Notes: generated from the sequence alone by a model not told the origin. 64,000 nt of DNA from Nitrosopumilus sp. (GCA_965223425.1 OZ245003.1:1568001-1632000), one strand, 5' to 3'. Positions 18,420-29,138 are shown, numbered from the stretch's first letter. Program-made: numbers and translations.

Positions 18420-19091
18420 ATGAGCCATTCTGACCCAGTTGTGCCGGACTCTGAGATTTACAAAAAATTTGACGAGCAGGACGAAATCCAGATAATCAAC
18501 TCGGAAAAATACCTCGCAAGCGGACAGTGGCTCTACGAGGTGCAGGGACAATACTCCATATCATACGACGGCATACGCGCATTTGCCTCGTGGCTTGCCA
18601 GACACGGCATCACGGTACAGACCATATCATCTGAAATCACAATGCGCGGAGAGAAAGAGGAGGGGATGTTCCACGCCAAGGTCCGCGTCAAGGAGGCCAA
18701 CACCGGCGTGATATTTGAGGGCATATCCTCCCAGTCACAATACGGCGCAAGAAAGGACGGCACAAGATACTATGATTCCACGGCAGAGACAAAGTCACAC
18801 TCCAAGGCAGAAAGAAACGCGATAAGAAAGCACATTCCTCCCGACCTGATAGCGCAGTTCATCGAGGAGACAAAAAAGACCGGCAAGGTAAAGACGCTAA
18901 AGGAGACGGGAGAATGTCACAAATCCCATCCGAACAAAAAAACCAACTCAACATGGTGCAAGTGCGAAAAACCAAAGGTGCGCTTCCGGGCAGAAACGCA
19001 AGGCAAACACGCAGGATGTCATACATGCGTTGCCTGTGATCTGCCCGTACAGAACGCAGAGCAGATGCTAAAGGATGGGGACAAAGCATGA
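18420..19091 (+). CDS. Rad52/Sak-like single-strand annealing protein with C-terminal Zn finger
   Basis: HAKVRVKE...FEG...AETKSHSKAERNAIRK resembles the Rad52/22 fold. Confidence 0.55.
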   Translation: MSHSDPVVPDSEIYKKFDEQDEIQIINSEKYLASGQWLYEVQGQYSISYDGIRAFASWLARHGITVQTISSEITMRGEKEEGMFHAKVRVKEANTGVIFEGISSQSQYGARKDGTRYYDSTAETKSHSKAERNAIRKHIPPDLIAQFIEETKKTGKVKTLKETGECHKSHPNKKTNSTWCKCEKPKVRFRAETQGKHAGCHTCVACDLPVQNAEQMLKDGDKA

Positions 19092-19627
19092 CCTGGATAA
19101 CGAGGAAAATAAAACATGTCCATCCGGATGCCCAGTACATCACAATCTATCAAAAATCAGAGAAAGTGTCTAAAGTCCGAATGAAACATGTCCGTCTGGA
19201 TACCCATTACTACCTCGGAATTGCAAGCATATGCAACCAAGCGCGCCTCGGCAGCGGAACACAAGACATCACTTATGAGCCGCACATTGGACCACGCCTT
19301 AAATTCTGTCAGATCTGCAAAAGGATGCTAAAAACAGAAAAGATGTGTAAGATTGTAGCGGCAATAAACGACAGGATAAGCACGGCCCAGAGAAAACTAA
19401 ATGAGGGCGGCCTGCCTGACACCGCCCTCCAAGACATGGTGATGAATTATCTCTGTCACCCGGACACGCAAAGGCCGGTAAAAATATCAATACTCCAGGA
19501 AGCTATCAGAAACGAGTGTCCGAATGAATGTTTGGAATATCTTCTGATTACGCTGCTGACATCCGGCAGAATATCAATTTCAGACGATAAAATAAGTCCG
19601 TGTTTAATCGGGGAGATACCATCATGA
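19088..19627 (+). CDS. hypothetical protein
   Basis: ATGA overlap with upstream gene; CxxC. Confidence 0.55.
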   Translation: MTWITRKIKHVHPDAQYITIYQKSEKVSKVRMKHVRLDTHYYLGIASICNQARLGSGTQDITYEPHIGPRLKFCQICKRMLKTEKMCKIVAAINDRISTAQRKLNEGGLPDTALQDMVMNYLCHPDTQRPVKISILQEAIRNECPNECLEYLLITLLTSGRISISDDKISPCLIGEIPS

Positions 19628-20185
19628 TCAACTGCATATCTTATGTTACATGTGTCGGAGACCCTTCTGCCAGGGGGATGTCCGGCGCAGATGGTATGCA
19701 GCTGACGCGCGGGGTAAGTCGCACCCCCCGCGCATTCTGTTGTTTTCTATCTCAAATCATTTCAAATTTCGCTAATCGTTTCATGCGGTGTCGTCAAAAT
19801 ACTGTTGGCACGGGGAAACCGGCCATCCAGCACCGCATCCTTCATAACATACTGGCAGAATATTTTATAAAAAAACTGCGTGCGAGTCACACACACGGCA
19901 AAAACACTAGTAGCATCATGAGGATCTGCAGGTGCAATCATGAACCCCGGGATTCTGCGGGCCAAATGGCGCGCATGATGAAGGGGCGAGCGTTTGCATT
20001 TCTGGAATGCGCGAAAATGCATATGTCGTGTGTCAGTAACTTCAATAACTTCATACGACGTACAATAACATCGTTTACGTGTGGGAAGACAAACCGCTTT
20101 TTGTCAAAGTTTCGGAATCATGTCGTTGTCCTTCCATTCATGCCGAGAATTTTTTCACTGAAATACAGTCTGGTGAGAATATAAA

Positions 20186-20611
20186 ATGAATAATAATAAA
20201 GAGCTGAAACAACAAACCGACAACAATATCTATCTGAACCTAGAACGCGTGCACGGAGGATGGTATACACGTGATATCAATCGTGCTATAGAGTACATAC
20301 GGCATTTTGTTTTTCCAATGCAGGGTCTTGGTGTCAGAGCAAGTCATACCGGCGAGGGCTGGACACTGAGTGATCCTGTCACCATGACAGACAGGTATCT
20401 ATTTGATAGACATGCAGTGGTGAATGGCCGTACAACTTGGGAATTACTGTCCAGGAAGGAAATTGCAGAACAGCTTGTCAAGATTAAAAAGATTGCAGTA
20501 AATTGCAGAGGGAGCGACATTATCGACTACCAAAAAAACCTGGAAAGAACGAGATTGTTCCACGTGCAATATGAGAAGGAACTCGCAAAGAAGAAGGGTA
20601 AGATGGAATGA
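20186..20611 (+). CDS. hypothetical protein
   Basis: 141-aa ORF; ATGA overlap with the next gene. Confidence 0.55.
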   Translation: MNNNKELKQQTDNNIYLNLERVHGGWYTRDINRAIEYIRHFVFPMQGLGVRASHTGEGWTLSDPVTMTDRYLFDRHAVVNGRTTWELLSRKEIAEQLVKIKKIAVNCRGSDIIDYQKNLERTRLFHVQYEKELAKKKGKME

Positions 20612-20829
20612 GTGTCAACGAAGAGCGGAAATCTAGAATCGACTGGGACTTTTTGTTCAGTTTGTCACGTGCAATTTTTCTATTTTTTATGATTTTTGTT
20701 TCTCCGTTTTTGTTGCTTTGGTACTTGAATGAATTTCACGGGATTAGGAGTATTATGTTAGAATTTGGAGTTCTCGTGTATATGGCCATGTTAGTGGCCG
20801 GTACTATCGCAGATGCGATAGAAGACTGA
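20608..20829 (+). CDS. small two-TM protein
   Basis: hydrophobic segments. Confidence 0.55.
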   Translation: MSVNEERKSRIDWDFLFSLSRAIFLFFMIFVSPFLLLWYLNEFHGIRSIMLEFGVLVYMAMLVAGTIADAIED

Positions 20830-20890
20830 TTATGGGAAACTATACAAACCCCAAAGTAAAATTTGAAAATCCAGAGGTGTCAGCATCAAA

Positions 20891-21172
20891 ATGAAAGGTA
20901 TTGATGTGGCGGGCTTGTTTATTCTAGCTTTTTTGATACTGACATTCAGTTATGGGTTGCACTCATACGATTTCATATCAGAACTTGGAGCCCTCTGCAA
21001 TGATGATGTAGCAGACAAGGTCAAATGCTTGGAATCTGTGTTTTATACTCAAGTTATCTATGTTTTATTACTCGTGCTAATGTTGGTAGTAATGATACTT
21101 GTGGTTCTAGTGCAGATTTATGGCCATATACAATCCAAAAGAAAAAACATAAAGGAAATAGTGCCGGAATAA
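20891..21172 (+). CDS. small two-TM protein
   Basis: two TM segments with a Cys-containing loop. Confidence 0.55.
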   Translation: MKGIDVAGLFILAFLILTFSYGLHSYDFISELGALCNDDVADKVKCLESVFYTQVIYVLLLVLMLVVMILVVLVQIYGHIQSKRKNIKEIVPE

Positions 21173-21390
21173 TGCCACACATTTTTCACGTTTGCAGAAA
21201 ACACTATAAGCAGATCGACTTTGATACTCTGGCCAAAGTCGTTTATCCAGTTGGTGATAATTCCTATTGCGACGTTGACGGCTGTATTGCTCAGAGCTGT
21301 GTCGATGTCGTGTACAAAGAGTCCACTATGTTCACTGCACTTCGGAATTCTACTATGCGTGGCGTGGAGGACTGTGAACAGAATGTGTAA
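21172..21390 (+). CDS. small Cys/His protein
   Basis: TAATG coupling; CRKH...CDVDGC. Confidence 0.5.
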   Translation: MPHIFHVCRKHYKQIDFDTLAKVVYPVGDNSYCDVDGCIAQSCVDVVYKESTMFTALRNSTMRGVEDCEQNV

Positions 21391-21537
21391 AGAAAATAAA
21401 GTATTGGGAGTGAAAAGAGAAGTATTTTTTGAATTTTTGAAAAACTTTTCTTTAATTTTTGGAGGATTTGGTTTGCTAATAACCGGCTGCCATGTTCCTG
21501 CATATATGATGATTAGTGACAGGGAGCATTAGGACAG

Positions 21538-21903
21538 ATGATTAAAAAACTATTCAGAATCCTACCACATTATTTGATATGGGTTAATTTTTCACTGTTC
21601 GCGGTTTTTGGGACACTTATGACAAGTCTAGGTGTATTAGGAGATAAAGCTTGGATGATAATTGTTGGCTTTGTTCTTGTGTTTTTTGCTGTACTTTCTT
21701 TCTTTATAACAAAACCTTATGCAAATGAAATGGGACAACCTTATTTTGCCTGCGATGATGATCTCAGTATGGTATGTATTTACTCATGTATTCCCAAAGA
21801 AGAACTGGGAATAGTTCGTGTGAGAGAGCCGCATCCATGCTACATGACAGGCTGTCATGTTCCTGCATATATGATGATTTTAAACAATGAGTATCAGGAC
21901 TGA
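21538..21903 (+). CDS. membrane protein with C-terminal Cys motif
   Basis: two TM segments plus CDDD...CYMTGC. Confidence 0.55.
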   Translation: MIKKLFRILPHYLIWVNFSLFAVFGTLMTSLGVLGDKAWMIIVGFVLVFFAVLSFFITKPYANEMGQPYFACDDDLSMVCIYSCIPKEELGIVRVREPHPCYMTGCHVPAYMMILNNEYQD

Positions 21904-22264
21904 TACTGTAACAGGTACTATAACGCCTACCAAGAAAAAAATGTTTGACAGAATAAACACAAGTGAGAAAAACATGTCTCCACGGGACAAGAACGGTACG
22001 CACGGCCACAACTGCGCGCTTGAGCAACTGAGAGAGAAAAGGATCGAGCAGTCACTTGCCAACATTTTTCTCCTCCGACAAAAGGCAATGAGTCTGGCAT
22101 CTGATCTGGCAGAGGCGGAAAACAAAACCGTTCCGGATGGGGAGTCATCAATTTCATTTCTGCATGACATGTCAGTCGGGCAGGCAAATTATGCGAGGCT
22201 GTCGCTGAAGAGGACTGTAGGGGAGCTGCTGCGGGAAAGAGCCAGGCATAGTGGATACCAGTAA
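21887..22264 (+). CDS. hypothetical protein
   Basis: helical ORF in the operon direction. Confidence 0.45.
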   Translation: MSIRTDTVTGTITPTKKKMFDRINTSEKNMSPRDKNGTHGHNCALEQLREKRIEQSLANIFLLRQKAMSLASDLAEAENKTVPDGESSISFLHDMSVGQANYARLSLKRTVGELLRERARHSGYQ

Positions 22265-22480
22265 CATGGCAGGACGAAAATATACAAAGGCGGAGGCACG
22301 GATGCGCAGAAAAGAAATCGACGTAACTGTGCAGAGGTACATCATACTGTCCGCACCTGACAGGAATACTGCCGAATGCCTGCTGGAGTGGTGGAGAAAT
22401 TGAGCGCGCTTTCATCTGTGTGTGATGAGCTGGAAATATACGACATGGAAGAAGAGCATGACGGAAAAAAACAATGAGCC

Positions 22481-23170
22481 ATGCCAAATCAACTATTTTG
22501 CCAAGTAAAAATAATCTGTGCAGGAGAAGGTGGTATCATGACTACAGATGATGAATCAATTTATGATCATGCACAACTGTTGGGTCATTTTAACAAAAGA
22601 GCCATGAAAGAAATATCTAAATCAAAGCCATATTATAAATATGCCATAACAGGATTAGGTCTAAAATACAGAGCACATCCATTAGGAATTGCATTCGCAC
22701 TTGGGCATATTCCAAAACTTAAGAAATGGATCAAAAACAAACAATATAACGCAAACCGAATTAGAAAAATTTTATCCCAAACATCGGACATATCCCCACT
22801 TTACCCAGAATTTAATGACAGAACAAGCTCGTATTACACTTTTCCTATGATAATAGATAAGGAAATTACTGGTTTTAGCCGCGAACAGCTGGTGGATGCT
22901 ATGCATGCAGAGGGTTTTTCTGATATCGACATACCTCGTTCTACATCTCCTTTACATAACTTCGCGGCATTTAAAGAGCCATTGTCTCCAGTAACTAAAT
23001 ACCATAACTCTTGTGTAAGTGGGAGATATCCAGTCGCTGAAAAGATTTCATCACAAATTGTCAAAATGTCCGTTCCATTTGAGGCATCAGAAGACCCAAG
23101 GGGAGTCAGATTCATTGAATGTTTTGAGAAGGCATTGTTTAAAATACTGTCAAAACTGCAATCCAGATAA
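22481..23170 (+). pseudogene. DegT/DnrJ/EryC1/StrS PLP aminotransferase, N-terminal half missing
   Basis: starts at KIICAGEGGIMTTDD (PLP-lysine region); GLKYR; about 230 aa versus the usual ~380-430. Confidence 0.75.
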
Positions 23171-23182
23171 GGTGTATACAAC

Positions 23183-23665
23183 ATGCAAAAAATAAAAGAT
23201 GGTATGCAAAACGAACTAGTCAGTCTGGCCAAGAGGGACAAAATATCAAAGTTTGCAACGGGTGGAATAATCGGAAGAATGCAAAATAAAAGACTGGAAA
23301 TTCTCGTCATTACACGTTCCCCACTTGACTTTATGCCAAGCATTGAAGAGCTGCCCGGAGGTAAGGTCGAAGACGGTGAGACTCTGACTGATTCATTAAG
23401 GAGGGAGATTAAAGAGGAAACAAATCTGACTGTGGTTGAAATCACAGGACATCTTTTCAGTTTTGACTATTCTTCACCACATGGTGCCACAAGGCAGTTT
23501 AACTTCATAACCATGACAAGGGATTGGGAATATGTGCATCTGTCCGACGAACACGTATCCCATCGATGGATAGACGGCTCGCAGGTTTCTACAAGCAAGC
23601 TAACTGACAATATCAAGAGCGTGATAATGGCAAAGTGGAACGAGATTCAAAGGTTTTACGAATAA
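23183..23665 (+). CDS. NUDIX hydrolase
   Basis: PGGKVEDGETLTDSLRREIKEETNL Nudix box. Confidence 0.9.
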   Translation: MQKIKDGMQNELVSLAKRDKISKFATGGIIGRMQNKRLEILVITRSPLDFMPSIEELPGGKVEDGETLTDSLRREIKEETNLTVVEITGHLFSFDYSSPHGATRQFNFITMTRDWEYVHLSDEHVSHRWIDGSQVSTSKLTDNIKSVIMAKWNEIQRFYE

Positions 23666-23727
23666 ATCAGACACCTATAACTGAGATTTCCAAAGTCACA
23701 AAATCAAACCAAAAATTAGAATAAAGA

Positions 23728-24054
23728 TTGTTCAAAAGGAAAAAAACGGCAATGAGGAGATTCAATGAGGAGACCGCACGTTGTGATGAAGCCATCTACT
23801 CTTACATGGCAATCAAAATCAGGGTGAAGTGGCTCATAGAAAAATATCCCAATGTCATAAATTACACCAGTATTATGTTCGATCCGAGTATAGACCTAAA
23901 TGACGACATGGAAATTCCGGATGATTTTCAAGAGTACTGCGAGGAAGTAGGACTGAAAATCAAGGCCGTTTCCAAAAAAATGTCACACCGCCTCAAATCT
24001 GAATTCTACTATCGAATCAATTTCCACGTAATCGAGAATGATGCCGCAAAATGA
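23728..24054 (+). CDS. hypothetical protein
   Basis: 108-aa ORF. Confidence 0.5.
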   Translation: MFKRKKTAMRRFNEETARCDEAIYSYMAIKIRVKWLIEKYPNVINYTSIMFDPSIDLNDDMEIPDDFQEYCEEVGLKIKAVSKKMSHRLKSEFYYRINFHVIENDAAK

Positions 24055-24811
24055 ATGCCAAATTTGTCCCACAAATAATTTGAAAGAGAGGAACCGCATC
24101 CAACTCCAAATCAACCCGCAATACCTGGAGCTGGTTCCACGGGCAGAACCCAAACAGCTGAGAGGCCTGAAAAATTCCATGCAGAAGGACGGACAGCAGG
24201 TCAAAATAATCACAAACCCCGAAGGCGTGATCCTTGATGGCCACACAAGGTTTATGATCTGCAAGGAGCTGCACATGGAACCAAAATATGTAGTCAGGAA
24301 ATTCGACTCACCTGAAAAAGAAAAAGAGTTTGTAGTCTCTGTGAATCTCAACCGGAGACATATGTCGCTGTTTGAGCGGGGGGAGTGTATGCTGGAGTGG
24401 TGGAAGGAGGAGAAGAGAAGAAGCAGAATCGAGGGTGGATTTTTAGCAAAAGCGACAAGAAATACAGGAATAACCCACGGTGGAACAGTAAACGGAAAAA
24501 AGGACAGGCTGTTAAACAGGTTTTCGAAAATCATTGGAACAAGTCCGACCAGCACCTATGAACTGATATGGCTGATGCTTCACGCCCCTGAAAGCGAAAA
24601 GGAAAAACTGAGAAACGGGGAGATCGCCATTGATACGGCATTTTTGAAATTGGCAAAGCCGAAAAGAAAGTCCAGAAAAGACTACAAGAGGGATGGCAGG
24701 GTCTATCTGGCATACCCAAAATGTCTGAACTGTGCCAGACCGACAGTTGTGGCAAAGGACTGTCATGTGCACGGCACGTTGTGCTGCCTAAAATGCGGAT
24801 GGGGAATCTAA
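24038..24811 (+). CDS. ParB/Srx N-terminal domain protein with C-terminal Zn finger
   Basis: ILDGHTR, NLNRRHMS; CLNC...CHVH...CCLKCGWGI. Confidence 0.8.
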   Translation: MMPQNECQICPTNNLKERNRIQLQINPQYLELVPRAEPKQLRGLKNSMQKDGQQVKIITNPEGVILDGHTRFMICKELHMEPKYVVRKFDSPEKEKEFVVSVNLNRRHMSLFERGECMLEWWKEEKRRSRIEGGFLAKATRNTGITHGGTVNGKKDRLLNRFSKIIGTSPTSTYELIWLMLHAPESEKEKLRNGEIAIDTAFLKLAKPKRKSRKDYKRDGRVYLAYPKCLNCARPTVVAKDCHVHGTLCCLKCGWGI

Positions 24812-25549
24812 GTGCAAAAAACGAAGATAAAACCGAGAATCAATGCGGCATATTACGACTTTATCCCAAGACCAAACGCAAAAGACCGAAGAAGACTGAA
24901 GGAATCAATCAGAAGGAACGGGGTCGAGATTCCATTAATCCTGAACAGGGACGGATTCATCATGGATGGCCATACCAGATATGAAATCTGTCAGGAACTG
25001 GGAATAACTGACATTCCGACTGAGATCAAGGAATTTTCTGATGAAGAGTCAGAAAGAAAGTTTGTGATAATGACAAATCTGTCAAGAAGGCATCTGAACA
25101 GGTTTCAAAAAATCGAGCTGTCACTGCCACTGCTTGAACTGGAAGAGAAAAGGGCAAAAGAGAGGATGAATTGGAGAAAATTACATCCCGAACTGGCAAA
25201 GATCAGCGGGAATGGACATGCAACCAAAATGAAGGGTAGGATCAAAGAGGGGGGTGCAGCTGAGATTTTTGGCAAAAAAATAGGAATAGGAAAGACGACT
25301 GTAGCTTACTTCAATTACCTGAAGAAAAACGCGCCAACAGAACTGCTCCTCAAGTGCAGAAACGGCGAGATTGCCATCCAGAATGCCTATTATCTTCATG
25401 TGGGACAAAGACTGATGTCCTCAGGGGTGCGGCCCGAAAAGACAGTCGACTTTTGTCCCAAATGCAACTCAAAGACTGCAAGGCCAAAGCGGACAAAATG
25501 CCACGTGCACAAGTGGTTCTGCTGCGAGCACTGCAAGTGGGGGATATGA
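24812..25549 (+). CDS. ParB/Srx domain protein, paralogue of the upstream gene
   Basis: IMDGHTR, NLSRRHLN; CPKC...CHVH...CCEHCKWGI. Confidence 0.8.
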   Translation: MQKTKIKPRINAAYYDFIPRPNAKDRRRLKESIRRNGVEIPLILNRDGFIMDGHTRYEICQELGITDIPTEIKEFSDEESERKFVIMTNLSRRHLNRFQKIELSLPLLELEEKRAKERMNWRKLHPELAKISGNGHATKMKGRIKEGGAAEIFGKKIGIGKTTVAYFNYLKKNAPTELLLKCRNGEIAIQNAYYLHVGQRLMSSGVRPEKTVDFCPKCNSKTARPKRTKCHVHKWFCCEHCKWGI

Positions 25550-25712
25550 CATGAGAATCAAATGCAGAAAGTGCAGTCTTTGATAAACGGCAAGAAAGGG
25601 ATGCAGAAACTAGAAATTGATTGTAAGTGCAAAAAACATCAAATGACAAAAAGAAACCCACCAAAAACGGGCACATGGTCTCAGTGGGAATTAATATTGA
25701 GAAAAAAATAAC

Positions 25713-26519
25713 ATGAAACCGCATGACTACCAGATTGACGCAAAGAACGCAGTTGCTATAATCATATCTGCCGCAGTCATAATAATTCTATTAAATTCAT
25801 TCGCAGAAGAATTCCTGGTTGATTTTGGTGTAGAGAAAAAATATCATGCTGGTTCGGATAAAATATCCGAGATCATTCTAATGAACACGGGTTTGATTCA
25901 GGCAGAGGATGTCATGGCGTACATACAATTCGATTCGGAAATCCCAACACCGGACATGGAATGCCCAGAAGGAAGCCTGTCTCACAACAAGGTGGAAATA
26001 TCAATTGATTTTGAAAGAATGTCTATCAATGTCTTCTGTAAGATAAATTTTCCTGAATCGGACAACTATGACACAACTATAATCGTAATCACGTCAAACA
26101 ATCATTCAGCCGTATATCCAGAACAAAAGCCACCCTATTATTTTGGGATGCCCGCATATGTCATGTTGGGGCTTGTACTGGTAGGAGAACTGTTTGTGAT
26201 ATTTTACTTTTCAAAATCTGTATATGATAAGTTTTTGCAGTTGTTTTCTCGGCATCACAAAAAAATCAAATGCTGGAAAAAGACCAGAGAAAAAATAAAA
26301 CAAGCCCACAATATCAAAGTGAACCCTTATGACGTGTCGATTCTTTGCAGTATCACACATGGGAATTATACCGCATCCCAGATATGTGCGGACACAAAAA
26401 TCATAAAAAGATACGTCAAGAGAAGAATTGAATTTTTGCAAAAAAATGACATCCTACTTCCGGATAAAATACAGATGTATGACTCCGTCAAAACATCAAT
26501 CAGGCATCTCTGCGACTGA
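25713..26519 (+). CDS. membrane protein with extracellular loop domain and C-terminal winged-helix-like domain
   Basis: TM-loop-TM-HTH (TASQICADTKIIKRYVKRRIEFLQKNDIL); paralogue at 49188. Confidence 0.6.
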   Translation: MKPHDYQIDAKNAVAIIISAAVIIILLNSFAEEFLVDFGVEKKYHAGSDKISEIILMNTGLIQAEDVMAYIQFDSEIPTPDMECPEGSLSHNKVEISIDFERMSINVFCKINFPESDNYDTTIIVITSNNHSAVYPEQKPPYYFGMPAYVMLGLVLVGELFVIFYFSKSVYDKFLQLFSRHHKKIKCWKKTREKIKQAHNIKVNPYDVSILCSITHGNYTASQICADTKIIKRYVKRRIEFLQKNDILLPDKIQMYDSVKTSIRHLCD

Positions 26520-26565
26520 TTCCAGTGTGTAAAAAGTCTCATCCAAATTATTCAAAAAACAGACA

Positions 26566-26796
26566 ATGAAGATAAAACTATCCCAAATCAGTACGGGGGG
26601 GAGGATCAGAAAAGACATGGGTGACATTGAGGAGCTTGCAGAGAGTATCAAAAACGAGGGATTGTTGTCGCCGATACTGTTGATGAAGACTGGCAAGAAC
26701 AGATACAGACTTCTTGCCGGCAAGCGAAGACTGAAAGCGCACAAACTGCTGCGGCTGACAACAATTGAGGCAATAATCAAAGAGAGACCAGCATGA
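26566..26796 (+). CDS. stand-alone ParB N-terminal domain
   Basis: IEELAESIKNEGLLSPI, LLAGKRRLKA. Confidence 0.8.
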   Translation: MKIKLSQISTGGRIRKDMGDIEELAESIKNEGLLSPILLMKTGKNRYRLLAGKRRLKAHKLLRLTTIEAIIKERPA

Positions 26797-27926
26797 AGAA
26801 ACTGTCCAGAACAGAACTCCTGAAGAACGTACCATATCCTCTCAGGATCGAGATAATCGAAAACGAGTTTCGAATCGATCTCTCCGAAAGCGACAAGGCG
26901 GATCTTGCAGAAAGGATAAGGCCGTATCTCAAAGACCAGACAAAGCCTGGAAGGCGTACGGACTTGGAGAAATCAACCTCGGGCAAACATTTGCCCGAGG
27001 TTGCGCCAGAAAGGGTCAATGAAAAAATCGGCAAAATCCTCAAAGAAAGTAAGGAAACGGTCAGAAAAAGGGACAAGGTTTTTGAAAGTGTCGACGAGGA
27101 CATGAAAAACGACCTGAATTCCGGTGCAAAGTCACTGCATTCGGCATACCAGCAGACTGTGGCGCGACAGAATGCAACAAAGAAAATCCCGCCACTGCCA
27201 TCTGGAAAATTCAACCATATAGTAGAGGATCCGGGATGGGATTTTGCCAACAAAAACATCGGGGGCTCCGGGGAGTCAGGCGCGTCATACAAATACCGGA
27301 CACAGCCTACAGCCAAGATTGCAAGGATCCCAATATTAGACATAGCAGCTGATGACGCAATACTGTACATGTGGACGACAAACCAGCACCTGATAACCGG
27401 CTCCATGCTGGCAAGCGAGTATCATGCAATCCTGGAGGACAACAGACTGAAGCAAACCAAAACCAAAAGCGAGTCAAAAATAAATAAACTCAAGGTCGAG
27501 ATTAGGGAAAAGAAGCGGCTGCTTAAGGACACGCTGGGAAAGCAAAAGGTGCAAAGCGATGCGCTGTCCGTAATGCACTGCCACGGGTTTGCCCCCAAAT
27601 ACATCATAACGTGGGAAAAGGAGGGAAAGGAGGGATGGGGCGGCTACGGCTTCAACAATGTGACCGAGCACCTGTTGATCGGAGTCAGGGGAAAGGTGGC
27701 GGCATTTGGCCTGAGCGAAAAGACCATAGTAAAAACAAAATACCGTCGCAATTCACACTCTGAAAAGCCAGATGCAATGTGGCATTTAATAGAAAAGTGC
27801 GCCAAAACGCAGAGATGGAAGGGCAGAAAACTGGAACTCAACTGCAGAACGCCAAGAAGGGGATGGCATCCGCACGGTGATCAAATCGCCGCAAATGACA
27901 TTGCTGAATGGAAAAAACTGAGATAG
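26793..27926 (+). CDS. ParB-type HTH fused to MT-A70 family methyltransferase
   Basis: IENEFRIDL, DPGW (DPPW-like), LYMWTTN, TEHLLIGVRG, HSEKP. Confidence 0.8.
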   Translation: MKKLSRTELLKNVPYPLRIEIIENEFRIDLSESDKADLAERIRPYLKDQTKPGRRTDLEKSTSGKHLPEVAPERVNEKIGKILKESKETVRKRDKVFESVDEDMKNDLNSGAKSLHSAYQQTVARQNATKKIPPLPSGKFNHIVEDPGWDFANKNIGGSGESGASYKYRTQPTAKIARIPILDIAADDAILYMWTTNQHLITGSMLASEYHAILEDNRLKQTKTKSESKINKLKVEIREKKRLLKDTLGKQKVQSDALSVMHCHGFAPKYIITWEKEGKEGWGGYGFNNVTEHLLIGVRGKVAAFGLSEKTIVKTKYRRNSHSEKPDAMWHLIEKCAKTQRWKGRKLELNCRTPRRGWHPHGDQIAANDIAEWKKLR

Positions 27927-28461
27927 CAGGGAATTACGTAACTCCACAGACATGTCGAAAAAATATTCCATAACCGACTCTGAGATTGATTCTGAGACAC
28001 AGTCAATACTTGATACCGTGCTGCCCTTTGTCAGCAGAGAAAGGATTCGCGGCAAAACGCGTGATGAGACGCACAGGCATCTCACAGACATTACAAATAT
28101 GATAATTGAAAAGGTCTACAAGTGCGAGCAGTCCAAGAAAAAGTCATGAAAAAAGACATTACGCAACTGATCAATATCGTCAAAAGAAAGCGCACAAAGT
28201 CTGCGATAATCTCCGGACTTGGGACGTGGAGCCTTGATAATCTCGGCGATGCCATATTTGTAAAAAAGATTGGTCACAAGACGACATTCTGCCTTGACTT
28301 TGAATCGACTGATTCGGATGCGGAACTTGTGGAAATACGCATGACCACCAGTGATGACGGCAGTCGCGTAAATAAGAGCGAGTACACCCCCAACTGTGGG
28401 AGATCCGCATGACTGTAAACAATGACTGCAACTGCGCAAATGATATTGTATATATTCTGAA

Positions 28462-28668
28462 ATGACGAATGGAAGGATTGCCGTTCCTGGAATATTTCAC
28501 ACCCTGCTTGCTGTTGCGCTGGGACCTGTTGCCGGTGCAGTACTGCTCCATCGCTACAAGACTACGGCCGACTTTGAGACCGGGCGGTATCTGTGGAGGC
28601 TGTCAATAATCTCATCTGTTTTGATGTCATGGGTCGTCATAACAGTTGGAACGGTAATGTGCACATGA
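28462..28668 (+). CDS. small membrane protein
   Basis: two hydrophobic segments. Confidence 0.45.
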   Translation: MTNGRIAVPGIFHTLLAVALGPVAGAVLLHRYKTTADFETGRYLWRLSIISSVLMSWVVITVGTVMCT

Positions 28669-28694
28669 CTTTGATACGTGACAGAAAAGAAGAG

Positions 28695-29138
28695 TCATTT
28701 GCATTTCCTATCCAAAACGTAATTCAAAAACTCACTTTTGAACTTGTGATGATTGCCAGAGTCGCTTATCCATTTTTTATGAACCTTCATCTCGGCGTGG
28801 ATTACAGGCTCCCATGTTATCCTGTTGTCTGCATTGTTTACCGTCCGGTCATACACAGTTTCACACACGTTCCACACCATGTACGCATATGCCTCATATC
28901 TTATCAACTGGTTTCCAGCAAAGGAACTCTTGTAATCAGATGTCTTTTCCTTGTCCCTGAATTCGGGATTGTCAATTCCAATCTTGAGAATCTCCATGTA
29001 CATTCTGTCAAGGTCGGAATACGAGCTGCTTTCAACGGTCTTTTTGAAGGTATAAACGGAAAACCCGAGGGCCGCAATTCCAGTAAAAATGGCAAGAATG
29101 AATCCCATCAAATTCCAAAATGCGCCGGAATCCATCAC
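28695..29138 (-). CDS. N-terminal TM hypothetical protein
   Basis: TM plus helical domain; 4-bp overlap with the GNAT gene. Confidence 0.65.
   Translation of the reverse strand: MMDSGAFWNLMGFILAIFTGIAALGFSVYTFKKTVESSSYSDLDRMYMEILKIGIDNPEFRDKEKTSDYKSSFAGNQLIRYEAYAYMVWNVCETVYDRTVNNADNRITWEPVIHAEMKVHKKWISDSGNHHKFKSEFLNYVLDRKCK

Noticed and set aside
19600-20184. 194-aa ORF as a real gene
   Set aside because: Weak start, overlaps structured GC-rich DNA, no recognisable motifs.
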